From Takakia lepidozioides (taxonomy: Eukaryota > Plantae > Bryophyta): 64,000 bases of DNA. Shown here piece by piece: positions 12,042-24,528 of this stretch (the stretch's first letter is position 1; each line of letters starts with the position of its first letter). A model generated the notes under the pieces. That model saw only the letters and a program-made list of their open reading frames with translations. It did no database searches and was not told where the DNA came from. The stretch covers positions 14,012,001 to 14,076,000 of the forward strand of contig CM060734.1 in NCBI GenBank assembly GCA_030704615.1, given 5' to 3'. The position numbers were made by a program, and so were the translations under genes.

Positions 12042-13077
12042 TCATAAACCCGATTTTCCTTTCGGAGCACCGGGTGCCGCCTTGACGTGCGAAGGCCCTC
12101 CCTTCGATTTCCATGTGCCAATGTCGTCCGCGTGCCTATCCCACTTCTTTTCCGGTTGGAAAAAGTCACCCTCCCACCGGACCTTCTTGTGGTTCAGCTC
12201 CGTACGGCCCTGTCTTTCGCCCCTAGGGACATTCGAGAAGCATTCAGCCCTTTCAATTGCCTCGTTCAAAGTCTTTGGTGACCTCTCCTCTAACTTCCGC
12301 CTAGCCCATGGGGCCAGTCCCGCCACAAAGTTGACCATTTCTGGTTCTACCATATTTGTGACTTTGAGCAATAACACATTGAAAGCCTAAACATATCCCC
12401 GAATGTCATCCGTTTGCTTCAAGTTCCTCATCTTGTCCCGGTGCGAGCCAGGACGCATTGAGGGGCACAAATTGTCTTTTCATAAGTTCCTTGAACCCAC
12501 TCCAGCTCAAGGTTTCTGGGTTTGGCCCTTGGTCATGAAGGCGCTTCTGCCACCATTGTTGAGCATAGCCCCTCAAATAGGTGGGAGCCACTTCCACCCA
12601 ATCCTCGTCACTCAACTTGGCCGCCCGGAAGTACTGCTCCAGCTCCAAGAGCCAGGTGTTGAGTGCCTTCCGATTTCGGACGCTCTCGAAGGTGTCGGGT
12701 TCCTTAGGCTTCACCTTAAACTTCGCCTTAGTGGAAGTGGCATTAGCCGCCCTCATCACGTCTTTTAGCATCCCGCCAAACTGCGCCAAACACCCTTCCC
12801 AAAAGGCTGCTGGCATGGGAGACATCTGTTGGTCTCGCAGAGCCTTTAGGAAGTCCTCGGGCTCCAACTCCCCAGATTCCCTCCGCTCTTGAGCGGCCTC
12901 ACTTTCAGAAGCATAAAGTGTCTCTTTCATTTGCCGCTTCGGTGACACGTCACCCCCACCGGGCTCACCAGGATCATCGTCTTTCGGGCCATTCCGCTTT
13001 CGCTTTGTCTTGCCCGACCCCACGGTGAGGCCGATCTCAAGGACGATCGTGTACTGAACTCTAAGCTCTGATACCAA
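12042..13077 (-). CDS. gag: Retrotransposon Gag (frameshifted, truncated)
   Basis: KPKEPDTF...LNTWLLELEQYF...YLRGYAQQWW...SWSGFKELMKRQFVP; FVAGLAPWARRKLEERSPKTLNEAIERAE. Confidence 0.85.
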
Positions 13078-13804
13078 GTATCGCGCACCTCACTTCGGTA
13101 AACTCCTCTTCAAGTCATAGATACTTGCTTTGATGCGCGCGCCTAACTCCCAAACTGGCCACCGGGCCAACTCGAGCTTCGGTTGCTCACCAGGGCATAA
13201 CGGTCCCCCTCACACTCCCACTCAACTCTCAACCTGTTGGGCTTAGTGGAAATTCCCTTTGGTAGATGGCAGTCCGGAACAACTCCCCACACCTTGGTTG
13301 CTTTCCGGCTCGCACGCTTACTCACTAGCTTTTGGTAACCAACGAGCTTGCACCATTCTCGGGGTTACTACTCCCTGTATATACTTCTGTAGGTGTCCGC
13401 AGGAATTCCACAAGTAGCCCAGTCCAAATCTGGTGCACCACCACTTAGACCCTTGATCGTCCCTGTGGTGAGCCGCGGTGAGTCTTGGCCCACCCACCAC
13501 GGTCCCAATGGACCGTGGTGAGTCCCAAGATTCCCCACAACTCCCACCACAAGGCCTCAGCCTCATGGTGAGTCCTAGGCCACCCCCACTACTACTCCCT
13601 ACGCTACCACCACCCCTCGTGGAGCCCCCACCACCGCCACCCGGTTTGCGGGGCTCCCCCTAGTGAGCGCCTCCGCCTCCTTGAGTGCCGAAGGCACTCA
13701 AGGGTGCTTCAGCCCCCCTTTCCTATTTGGTGCCACTGCCCCCACCACAGGGGCAGCCCCTCTTGTGTCCTAACCCCCCGCCCTCAAGGCAAAGGGCCGC
13801 AACA
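12042..13804 (-). mobile_element. Truncated Ty3/gypsy LTR retrotransposon (5' LTR, PBS, gag)
   Basis: Putative LTR ~13078-13804 (minus strand begins TGTTGCGGCCC); tRNA-Met PBS TGGTATCAGAGC at 13065-13076; gag ORFs 12406-13077 and 12042-12377; pol absent. Confidence 0.8.
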
Positions 13805-14294
13805 ATACAAGTACATCATGACATAAGAGCACGTCAACGATTTCAACATTTAGACAACCACACCACAATCATGTGTTGCGAAAGTATATGTGGTGTGCCG
13901 AGACACAAGGGAAGTATGAGAGAGCCGAACAACAATTTTATTGAATGTGTGTGAAATGTTCCAATGTTCCGTGTTGTGTAGAAAAGAACTAATCGGATGT
14001 TAATGAAAATTAGAATACATGTTTTTCAACGCGCGATTCATAAACGTCTACTATCATATATTCGGAGTCCTCCGCCGCGAGAGAGGTGTGAATCCGCATA
14101 CAGATGTTCATGCAACCTCTCTTCTTTGGACATTCGGTGAAACAAGTTGGCTCTTAGTTGGCTCTTTTGACGGCTACATAGCTGCTTTGTCACCCGTCTA
14201 CGCTACAAATGCCTTCCTGTCACTGGGGACACACTGTAAACACAACTACAGAACAGAATGTCGGAGCATGCTACAATGGACTGACATGAACGAA

Positions 14295-15062
14295 CTACAA
14301 AGGAAGGAGGATCTGGGGGCACTCGTCCTCGTCAGGCACGACAGTTTTGTCCACATTGGGCAGCCCATGTGGAGTGTGCCCTTTCAACTCCATTCCCACC
14401 AGTCGTTGCATCTCTTGCCTCTTGTGAAGAGCATCTTCCACATGAAACCACGTTTTGTCGAACTGCGCATTGCAAACAAGCAAAAAACAGTTAGGAAAGA
14501 GGGCTGAAAATATATGAGACAGCCAAATTGTAGCAGCAGAAATGCAGAGGTCTTACCGGACCCGCCCCATTTGGACGGGGTTGAACAAAAGTTTCATGGA
14601 GGTACAGGTCAATGTAATGGGTGCAAAAGTAACCACATTCCCAATTCGAAGGCTGTTGGGGCAGAAGAGGCCGCAACCACCGGGCTGAGGAACATGCCCA
14701 CTTCCATTTTGGCGATGCAGGGAACAGGCCGCGTAGCACGTCCCACAATTTAGCCACATATTGGTGGAGTTGACGATCCTTATGTGACTTCTGGATAGAG
14801 TTCAAGTGTAGGAACCTGTGAGCCTCCAAAATAAGCACGCTCCAGTGGGAACTACAAAAGAACTAGCAATATGTGAGCATGTAAAAAACATGTATATTCA
14901 GACATACACACGATAATGGAAGGGGGTAAGGACTTCACATGCGATACACGAAACTGTCGCGGGGCTTTTACTCACCCATCCCTTCGCTATCCGAGGCGGA
15001 AACTCCAAGATAGAAGAGTTGGAAATCTCTAAGTACTCAGCCCGCACAGAACAATCAGTCAT
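14295..15062 (-). pseudogene. Ulp1-like (C48) cysteine protease, spliced, cut at its 5' side by an LTR
   Basis: SHWSVLILEAHRFLHLNS...LLPQQPSNWECGYFCTHYI; downstream exon FDKTWF; homologous to 38435-39050. Confidence 0.75.
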
Positions 15063-15619
15063 GACCTACAACTAGTGTATCATGGGGGTGTTTCCTATTT
15101 GTTTCCCTTTTGGCATTCATGTTAGCTACCTTACCATTGATAATTAAGTATCAGTTTGCTTTATCAATCTATTGGATTCCATCAACTCATCCATTCATTC
15201 CACAGCTTCACTCAGATCTCTCTACACAGTGTGATTGTATCGTATAAGTATCCGATTATGATTTATCAGGTATCAGGCCGAAGCCACTGTGTCTCTAATC
15301 TGCTCTACAATATCACTACAGTTTTGCATATAACAAGCATCTACTAATCATCTCTCCTCCTTCACCGTGCTCTCCATCTTTGCTTCCGTTCTTACTCTCC
15401 GCCCGTTCCTCTCCTTGCATGACCAAGAAGTCCTCCCCCACCAGTGCCTCCAAGAATAATCCCCCCAAAAAGCCCCCTACTCAGTCCTTGCTTCTCCCTT
15501 TTATCTTCCTACCCGTGGCTCTAACCGTTTCCCTCAGTAACCGTTTCGTCTAACTGTTCCATTTGCAGGTGTTGTTCCCCACAGTCGTTCCCTGTCCTGC
15601 TCTCCGTTCCCTATGATCA

Positions 15620-15870
15620 TGACAGCTGTGTCAAGCTGTGACTGGCTGTGTGAAACTGTGACGGGCTGTGATTGGCTGTGCGACTGTGTTTGGCTATGTC
15701 GGGCTGTGACTGGCTGTGTGGCTGTGTCGGCTGTGACGGGCTGTGTTGGCTGTGATGGCTGTGTCGGGCTGTGACGAGCTATGCTGACTGTGTCTGGCTG
15801 TGTCGGCTGTGACGATTGTGACGGCTGTGACGGGCTGTGTTGGCTGTGTCGGCTGTGACGGGCTGTGTAA
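15620..15870. repeat. GGCTGTG(A/T)-based minisatellite within the LTR
   Basis: Direct reading; a related GGCTGTGATA array lies at 20170-20410 in the same element. Confidence 0.9.
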
Positions 15871-16672
15871 CCCCCCTCTACAGTGCGCTGCTGTCACCCC
15901 TAAGGCTCCTGTTGATCTCAGTCTGTGCAAAAAATTAAGGGTACCCTACAGATCCCATATAAGTGTCTAAGTCCCAGACAGTCCTCTAACATTACCCCTT
16001 CCCCTCTCAAAAAGCCGTGTCCTCACGGTTTACTGATTACGATTAGCAAACCTTTGTGAGTGAGCACCTTTCTGACGTTGAGAGTTTCGTGGCGGACTGT
16101 GTGTACGAGCCCGAGGTCTATCTCTGGTTGACGGAGATGTTTGAACACTACCTGGATAAGTGAGGCCATCTGGAGGCTGATATCGAGGTAACCTTTCAGG
16201 CATAGGAGACCCCCATCGCTTCTTCTCTGCCATCTGAATTGCATAGTCTTCTCCCATGTCAAAAAAATTCGGTGAAGAAACAGTTGTATCAGAATCCTCA
16301 TCGCCTCTCAGGTGTTTAATTTTCGAACTTTTTGTGGAATCCTCTGAGGCATACAATGTTGTCCTATTGAACAGCAAATGGGTGTGACACTGAGCTCCTT
16401 GCTGTCCAGGTGAGTAGGGTACCAATTACTTGTGCCAGCGTGCAAGTATTTCCATGCCATGTCCTTATAGAAAATATCATCAATGCCGAATTTCTGTGTT
16501 GACAAATTGTTCCAGGCCGCTTGAAAACCGATGAACAAATTTGATTTTTAACTTTGCGTCATATAGGTACTATGAGGCACCGAAGGTAATACCCATCCCC
16601 ACTGGAGAACGCGCTTGCTCTTTGTTGCTCATGTGATAGGCAAGCAGGTATCCCGGAATCCCGCAATTTTTA

Positions 16673-19480
16673 CTACCTGTTTACCTGGGTCTTGGTATAA
16701 ATGAATCCATGTACAACCTGGAAACAATTAATTCCCCAACATGGTACCTGCTCGTGCCAGTACTGTGCAAAGTGATGATCCTCAATTGGTTGATTGTTCG
16801 GAAGAACTTTAGTCCTAGTTGCCACTGGCAGCCAAATGCGCATGATTTGGTAGTAATGTGCGAATGACTGCGGAGGACTAAATTCTTTCCAAGCCAAATC
16901 CAACATGATGGGAATTTGGTTGAAGGGCATAATCATAGCCCTACTGTACTCCCTTGCAGCTGGAGTTTTAGGTGGGTCAAAAGTAGCATTGCCCCATACC
17001 TCAGGCTGTGGTGGCTGCGGTGTGGTTGTAGTAACAACAGGTTCAGCTACTGGTACAGTGACTTGTTGTGGTGTTGGTGGTACTGGCTCTTGTATCATTG
17101 GCATTTCCTGCACCTCCTGTGAAGACTGAAAAGCCAAAGTTCTGGCTTGTAAATAAGAAGCCATTAGCTGTTCCTGAGGGATATAGACTCTTTTGTCTAT
17201 GTTTGAAGTGAGGTCCTCCACTTGAGTCTGCAGTCCGTCTACATCCTCCTGTAACTCTGCTATCCTACTATAGACATTGTCTATAGTAGTTGTGGCAATG
17301 TTCTGCACTTGCAGTCTGAGCTCATTCATCTCGCTTTGGGTGAGCTTTCGTGGTGCTTTGCCCTCCACTGCCCTTGTGCTAACAGACATGCATAAGGCTG
17401 TTATCCACCAAGTTGCTTGTGGTTCCCCTGAGAGTGTGCTCCTCTCTTAGTTTGTACACTTCTAACTACTGTTGTAAAGCCTCCATGCGCATTGCATGAG
17501 GTTCAACCAAATTCGCATGGGCAGCAAGTAGATTATTAGCTTCCTTCCAAGCCTTGTTAGTGACCGTGATTTCAGTTCTATTGGCCATGAGCGTTTTGTT
17601 GCAACTCCACGATGTGCTTCTCTTGATCAGCTTCAACCTGCCTGTATCGCTTGAAAGTATCCTCATTGTGACAGATTGTATTCTTCATATCGACAATGAG
17701 TTTCATTTGCTCAACATTCTCTTCTTCTACCTTCGTACATTTTTCCGCTTGACTGTTTATTTCTTTTGTAGATTGGTCAAGCATAGTTGTGAATGTAGCA
17801 CATTGTATGGCCATCCTGTCATGCACTGTCTGCAACTCCGTATGTAGTGTATTCACTTCTTGCAACTTGCTTTCATGCTGCACCTGCATTTGGTTTAGCT
17901 GTTGCTTATGTGCTTCGTGCAACTGGTCTTGCGCGAGGCCTGCCTCAATCAATTGTTCCTTGGCCAATTGCAAAGCCGCTTCTGTATTTTCCAAGTCCTG
18001 CTGCATTTTGAGAGTGACCTCTTCATCGACCTTGTTTGCACACTCAGTGGCTAGTCAAGCCTCAAACTCCTTCCTGAGTTCTTCTCTCAAGGCTGTCAAT
18101 TGGGTAGTTGGAACATGGGATTTGACATAAGTCCCCAACAATTAAGTGTCCTGCCTATGGAACTCATCAGCATTGCCTGTTGAGGGTCATCATGGTGAGG
18201 TTGCTGCTGTTCCTCCTGATCCTCAACAGTGTGATGTCTCATGAACCACTCAGGCCATTGTCCCACCAGATTTTCTTCCTGAACCACTTCATCTATCACC
18301 GGTGCTACAGTGCCATGACCTTCTGCCTGTGGTACCTCCGACACAGGTGTGTGTATTATATGTACCTCAGGATTTCCCTTGGGCAACTGTTGCACCTCTG
18401 GAAATCTCTGTCTCCTTGACCAGACCAGAATATTCATAGAGAAGGTCCCCCTTCTTTCTGCCACTATCTGTTCTGTAGTTGGAATATCTAACCCTTCTCT
18501 TTCCAAATCAATTATTTCTGGTTGAGCTGCATGGACAACTTGTAACCTTGTGACAAGCCGATCAGCTGGCTGTGATGGTTGTGATACTGAAGTAACTTCC
18601 TCCTCCCTCTCTGAAGGTCCTGCTTCCAGTAATAGCAGTTCTCTGTGCTGCTGTGCCCCTTCCTGCACATGAGCTTGGGAAACATTATCATGCGGAATCC
18701 GTGAAGCCAGTGGATCCGCCAGTATAGTCTTTCCCCGTCTCTGCCTCTTAGTCTCGGGTGCCCTGCTAGTCCACCCTCACTGTGTGAAGAGCCTTGCTCT
18801 TCCATTGCAGTGGTTTCTGGCTCAAACACTCCCATCTCCTTTCTTTTTTGCGCATCAAGTATGCCAGAATCAAGAATTTTTTGAGCAATGATTGGGCCAG
18901 ACACTATGATAGGAGACTTTGCGGTAGTACCTTGTAATCTTTTCATCTCCTCTACCAGTGCGTTGTACATTATGTCCGCCCATTCTACCTCTTGTCCTTT
19001 CAGGGCTTTGAGTATTTCCTCCGTGAAGGATCTGCTCAAATACTGTTGGTTCTGTTTCATGGCAATCAAAACGTTCAATACCTGGCCTATCTCCTTTAGC
19101 CCTGGGTACACAGCCTTGTACAAGCATAACCCTGAGTTTTAAAGAAACTCCCTTCTTGGAATAAGTCCCTTATTTGCAGTCTTGCCCTGTGTTCCTCCAC
19201 ATGCACCTGACCTGCTGGCAATCGAAACAATTGCTGGAGGTATAGGGGAGTAATCACTAATTCAACTCCCTTCACCGTTGTTGTTCCTGTCCTTGGCTCA
19301 AAGTTCTGCAAAAATTGTAACATGTACTGTCTATGGTGTAATGTCCAATCTATGCTTTGCAATCCTTGCAATCTCAGCTCCTTCAGTATCTGTATCGCCT
19401 GTGGGGTAGCAATCGTTTGTTTCTGCAGAATTGTGGTGCTCTTCACCCTGATTTCCTCCATTCCTCTCACTCTCTTCATT
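16673..19480 (-). CDS. Additional retroelement ORF(s) between integrase and 3' LTR (Athila ORF/Transposase_32-like N-terminus, coiled coil), frameshifted
   Basis: Chain of same-strand ORFs 19096-19977, 18512-19123, 18096-18668, 17578-18006, 16673-17389; YMLQFLQNF...TVKGVELVITPLYLQQLFRLP resembles the plant retroelement accessory domain; 17578-18006 is heptad-rich. Confidence 0.55.
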
Positions 19481-20294
19481 TTAGACACCACAAAATGTTT
19501 TGGCTGTAACAACTGCAGAAATGTCTGTAGTGCACAAAGCATAAACGTATGGTTGCCACAAAAAGCTATGGGTAATTTCTTGTAAGCATGTGGGGCTTGC
19601 AAGTATCGCTCAAGAGAAAAGATCCGCTCTGTTGTTTCGTCCCTATGCCACTGCGTAAGTAGTATTGCAAGCGTATAGTTTGTTAGTTCCTCCATAGTTT
19701 TCAAGCTATAGCATTGATGGTCTGTCCTGTCGAGACGCCCGTTACTCAGAACGACGCCGCCTCTTGCGCTTAATTTCCCTCCAATTTCTTGATCCTTTCT
19801 CTGGCTTTCTATTGGCTGTAACCACTGTGACTTGATTTTAGATTTCATTTTCTTTAGTGGACTTTCCCTGCAGGATAGTCCACTAGGATCACACATGTGG
19901 CAAGAATTTCGCTTTTCTGTACTTGCCGCTTGTTCCGTTCCCCTTTTTCCGTATTCATTAATGGGCCCGCCTTTCATCCATTTTGACGGCCGTTCTTGTC
20001 CTCTTTCTTTATGACACCTGTTCTTGCACTTCCTTCTCAGCTATGTGTCGCGCCCTGACTTCCATGTGTCTATTTTTAAACTGGTTTCCGTCTTTTCTTC
20101 CGTCAGCCATTTTCCTGAAGTTATTGTGCGTCCACCTGTCACTGATTCTATGGATCGTGTAATCCTAGTAGGCTGTGTTGAGCTGTGTCATACTGTGGTA
20201 CGCTGTGATAGGCTGTGATGCAGTGTGGTAAGCTGTGATAGGCTGTGACACGCTGTGGTAGGTTGTGATAGGCTATGTTGCGCCGTGTGATAGG

Positions 20295-21360
20295 CTATGT
20301 GTGTGTCACGTCGTGATGGGCTGTGATAGGCTGTGATAGGCTGTGTTTTCTTGGATGGGCTCCTCGTGATGATAGGCGCCTTGATGGGCTGTGATAGGCT
20401 GTGTCACGCTGTTTTTGCCCGCCCTGGTCATATATGCTTGGCCTAGCGACAAGTGTTTCATACTCCGTTCGTAACACTGGTGCAGCCCGCGACTGCTCTT
20501 GCGTTTCAACATGCAAGTCATGCTGCAAGGGTTTGTCATGGATACCACTGTATCCCTTTAACTTATTGGCATTGACTCTTCCCAGCATTTCTTTGTTAAT
20601 GGTTTGTAACATGGCGGTGTTGTTATCATACATCTTTTGTATGACATAAGGTCCTTTCCATGGTGATTTAAGCTTAGAAGCTTTAATCTTTCTTTTCTTC
20701 TGCAACCATAGAACCAAATCCCCCGTCTTAAAAGTCTTTTAACTTGCCTTCATCAAACTGTTCCTTTCTTCTCATCTGAATTCTGGTCATATTATCAGCT
20801 GCATCAGCACGTACTTCTTCCACATGATATAATTCATGTTTCCTGACCTTAATGGAATCTTGCAATTCCTCTTTCCCCCACTCCGTTCTCATGGTAGGTA
20901 ATAGGAATTCCACTGGAAGAAGGCTTCCCATACCATAAACTAATTGGAATGGTGTATACTTAGTGGTGACTTTATATGAAGTCCTATATGACCACAAAGC
21001 TGTCAGCAGCTTTGTATCCCAATCCGTTCTGTTTGCATTGACTATCTTAGCCAAGATAGTACATAGTATTTTGTTGGTAGCCTCTGCCTGCCCATTACCC
21101 TGTGGGTAATATGTTGTACTCTTTCTATGCACAATCATGAACTCTTTAGTCAACAACTCAATGGTCTCATTCATGAAGTGACTTCCTGATCACTGATAAA
21201 TTCTAAGGGACAGCCAAATCGTGTAAGTATGTTCTCGTACAGGAACCTTGTTGTGGACTTGGCTGTGTTGTCCCTCAAAGCTTTAGCTTCCACCCACTTC
21301 GTAGTATAATCAGTGGTTGTAATTATGTACCTGTTCCGTGTATTCTTGGCTGGTGGGTTA
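20295..21360 (-). CDS. Ty3/gypsy integrase (catalytic core and GPY motif), frameshifted
   Basis: INPPAKNTRNRYIITTTDYTTKWVEAKAL...TRFGCPLEFISDQ...YYPQGNGQAEATNK...TPFQLVYG...SPWKGPYVI. Confidence 0.9.
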
Positions 21361-22500
21361 ATGCGCGAGTTCCCCCTCGCCAATTTGTGACAATGGGAAC
21401 CAACGTGTATGCAAGCTCGGGTGAGGTCAGGGAAACGGTGCAACACATAGAACTGCTTGGCATTACAAACAGACATGCAGTGTGGTGGTTCTTTGCAATG
21501 CGCACACTTAAATGTGGAGTTCGGAACCTTCTCCTGAGCTCGAAATGGTTGGTGAGCTGTGCCTTCCAATCGGTCTCGTTCCTGTGACCTCTGGATTTAA
21601 AGTGGAAGCAAGTTGGGGAGAAACACCGCAACGCGCCCGCACAAACAACGTAGCGCACCCGCACACCATCAAGCATCTTCATGCTGGTGGTTTTGGTAAC
21701 GCACCAAGGATGACCGTCATGTTTTCTATCCATATCTGTCAATTCCGGACGCCCTCGAGTAGTCCGCCCGAGGAGGGAACTCAAAGAAGATATTACCGTC
21801 GACGTCGGCGGGAAGGCATGTAACCGATTTAATTGCGAACTTGCTGTAGTCCAGCCCGGCCAGCTCCGACCGGTGTCCCTCCAGGTGAAGCCCTCGCAGA
21901 AATTTCTAGAATAGATCGAACTGCGGTGCTCGTGCTGGGAATGACTCCCTCCTCCACTGACGTCCATTGAGGACTTGCCTGATCTCCAGGACGACCTCGG
22001 AACTTCCATGACCTCGTCTGAGTCGGACAGGTTGTGAACAACCCGGTTCTCGGTCGTCTTCATGGATGGGTTCGGCTCTGGATTTACTTCGTTGCGGACT
22101 TCTCTCTTTGAGGTACCCACTCTCTGATTCGCGGATTGTTTCGTGGAAGGCGCCAGGATAGACGGTGCATTTGGCGGGCAAATGAAGCCCCAACAGCCCT
22201 GTATATGACGCTGTCCGATGGTGGAACTCGCCATTCCCTGCCATCGCCGAAATCATCGTGGAGCACAACAATACTCTCGACAACAAGGCCGTTTGAGTCC
22301 TTCCTTTCCTCCTCCAAAAAACCGACCCCGGTTTCAGGTGGTATCGAACGCACAGATATTTCTCCATCACCCGGCAGGTGTCCCTCTGCACGGAAATGAA
22401 GCTCTATGCTCGTGAGGAGGGCAGTACACTGTAGCGCTCGGGTTTTCCGCCATGGGAGATGTGCACACAAGACTGCCAGGATGGCGTGCGGGGAAGCTCC
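21361..22500 (-). pseudogene. N-terminal fragment of a MULE-type transposase with GCM-like zinc domain
   Basis: LPADVDGNIFFEFPP...DRKHDGHPWCVTKTT...VRYVVCAGALRCFSPTC...CAHCKEPPHCMSVCNAK...RACIHVGSHCH (WRKY/GCM-like Cys/His pattern); abuts the integrase at 21360. Confidence 0.6.
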
Positions 22501-22754
22501 CTGGTAGAAGGGGGTGCAGCGATGGGAATGAATGCGATGCCGATTTGTCCGAGCGACGAAGCCTGATCCAAATCCAGGAGCCAACTATCTCAAAAATCCA
22601 CAGTCAGAGTGTTAATGAACCTGGTCTCCGGAATGCGGCCCCTGGTCTTTGCGCAATAACTGCCAACGGTATGCAGTCAGAAAGTGGGGGGCCGTCCGGA
22701 TGATGACGGCTGAAGGGGAGAAGCCGGCACCGTGCCTCACATTACTCCCCGAAT

Positions 22755-23595
22755 GGAAATTCGGCACCCAATATCCAACAGAGGAAGCCCGGATGAAGTC
22801 GCCTCGGGCGCAGAGGCCGGAGTGTGCGACAGAGAACATCCCCTGGATGGAGATTCGGCGCCGAATTTCCATCCGGGCCCCCCAAAGGGAGTCGTGTCGG
22901 GGGGTCAGGCCGAAAACTGGACGGCATAAAAACATCCCCAGATGGAAAAACGGCGCCGAATTTCCATCCGGGGCGGTTCGGATGCAGTCGGGGAGGGGGG
23001 AGTGGCCTGCAGTTGGCCGTCACATTTCAACCCCCGGACGGAAATTCGGCACCGAATATCGAACAGGGGACGCCCGGATGAAGTCGCCTCGGGCGCAGAG
23101 GCCGGCGAGTGTGCGACAGAGAACATCCCTGGACGGAAATTCGGCGCCGAATTTCCATCCGGGCCCCCCCAAAGGAAGTCTTGTCGGGGGGTCAGACCGA
23201 AAACTGGCCGACATAAAAACTTCCAGATGGGAAAACGGCGCCGAATTTGCATCCTGCAGGTAAGTGGAATCCCGGATGGATGGAAATTCGGCGCCGAATT
23301 TCCATCCAGCAGGTAGGTGGAATCCCCCGATGGATGGAGATTCGGCGCCGAATTTCCGTCCAGCAGGTAAGTGGAATCTCGGTGTGGAGATTCGGCGCCG
23401 AATTTCCGAGCAGGTAAGTGGAATCATGGAGATTCGGCGCCGAATTTCCATCCTGCAGGTAACCGGATGAATGGAAATTCGGCGCCGAATTTCCATCAGG
23501 CACGTAAGCCGAATCCCGCATAAATGGAAATTAATTTCCATCCAGCAGGTAAGTCGGATGGTGCCGTATGGATATTCGGCGCCGAATTTCCATTC
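22755..23595. repeat. Array of ~12 palindromic 22-bp motifs GGAAATTCGGCGCCGAATTTCC, including a ~285-bp tandem duplication
   Basis: Copies near 22755, 22849, 22944, 23040, 23135, 23230, 23282, 23336, 23386, 23429, 23473, 23570; degenerate copies continue to ~24310. Confidence 0.9.
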
Positions 23596-23615
23596 GACAT
23601 GTATTTCTGAGCGTG

Positions 23616-23825
23616 GAATTACCTTCGTGCAGGTAATTCCCAGATGAGAATTACCTTTGTGCAGGTAATTTCCAGATGAGAATTACCTTCGTGCAGGTAA
23701 TTCCAGATGAGAATTACCTTCCTCCAGGTAATTCCAATCGATGTGAATTCTTCGTCCACAATTACCTGCACGATAATTCTCATCTGGAAATTACTTCGGG
23801 AAATTACCTGCACAAAGGTAATTCA
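23616..23825. repeat. ~32-bp tandem repeat with internal palindrome GAATTACCT-n6-AGGTAATT (4 copies plus inverted copies)
   Basis: Units start at 23616, 23648, 23680, 23711; reversed copies at ~23760-23825. Confidence 0.9.
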
Positions 23826-24528
23826 TCCACCTGCTAATTCCTCAGAAATTGGAAATTCGGCAATTATTTTTGGATAAATTCGGCGCCGATTTCCATTCAA
23901 TTCGAATTACCTGCTCGCGCGAATTTCCATTCATCCGGGAATTACATTCTCGAATTTGGCCCGCCTTTTCGGCGCCGAATTACCTGCTTGAGGGAAATTT
24001 GGCGCACCGCCCTACCTCGCGGATGGAAATTCGCGCCGGATCCATCCGCGCGCGCCTGCCCAGGGAAATTTCCACCGCCGCCCTACCTCCGCGGATGGAA
24101 ATTCGCCGCGCGCTTCCTTACCTTGCGCTCCTATGGAAATTATTTCCATGCGCTTCCGAATTACCTGCATGAGGAAATTTCCAGCGCCGCCCTTCCTCCG
24201 CGGATGGAAATTCGCGCCGGATATCCAGCTGCGCTCCGAATTACCTGCAGGATGGAAATCCGGCGCCGGAATTCCATCGTGCAGCGCTCCGAATTACCTC
24301 TACGTTGGAAATTCCGGGACTGTTTACGTCGATTTTCATCCGACATGGAGGGCTTCATCCGACATTTAATTGCGCAGTTGGGCAATAAATGTCGACGGCC
24401 GTCGGTTATTATTTGGGCTGGCGACGCATGGCTTCCTGGACACGTACCCTAAATCTCATTCTAAACTTGGCTTAACATGGTATTCCAGGCATGTACCCCA
24501 AAAAAGGAGATCTTTTTGGCTGGGACTT

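Larger units (their letters stand above)
15076..21360 (-). mobile_element. 5'-truncated Ty3/gypsy (non-chromovirus-like) element: integrase, extra ORFs, PPT, 3' LTR
   Basis: 3' LTR 15076-15991 (minus strand TGTTAG...GATACA); PPT GAGAGGGGAAGGGGTAA immediately upstream at 15992-16010; integrase at 20295-21360. Confidence 0.85.
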
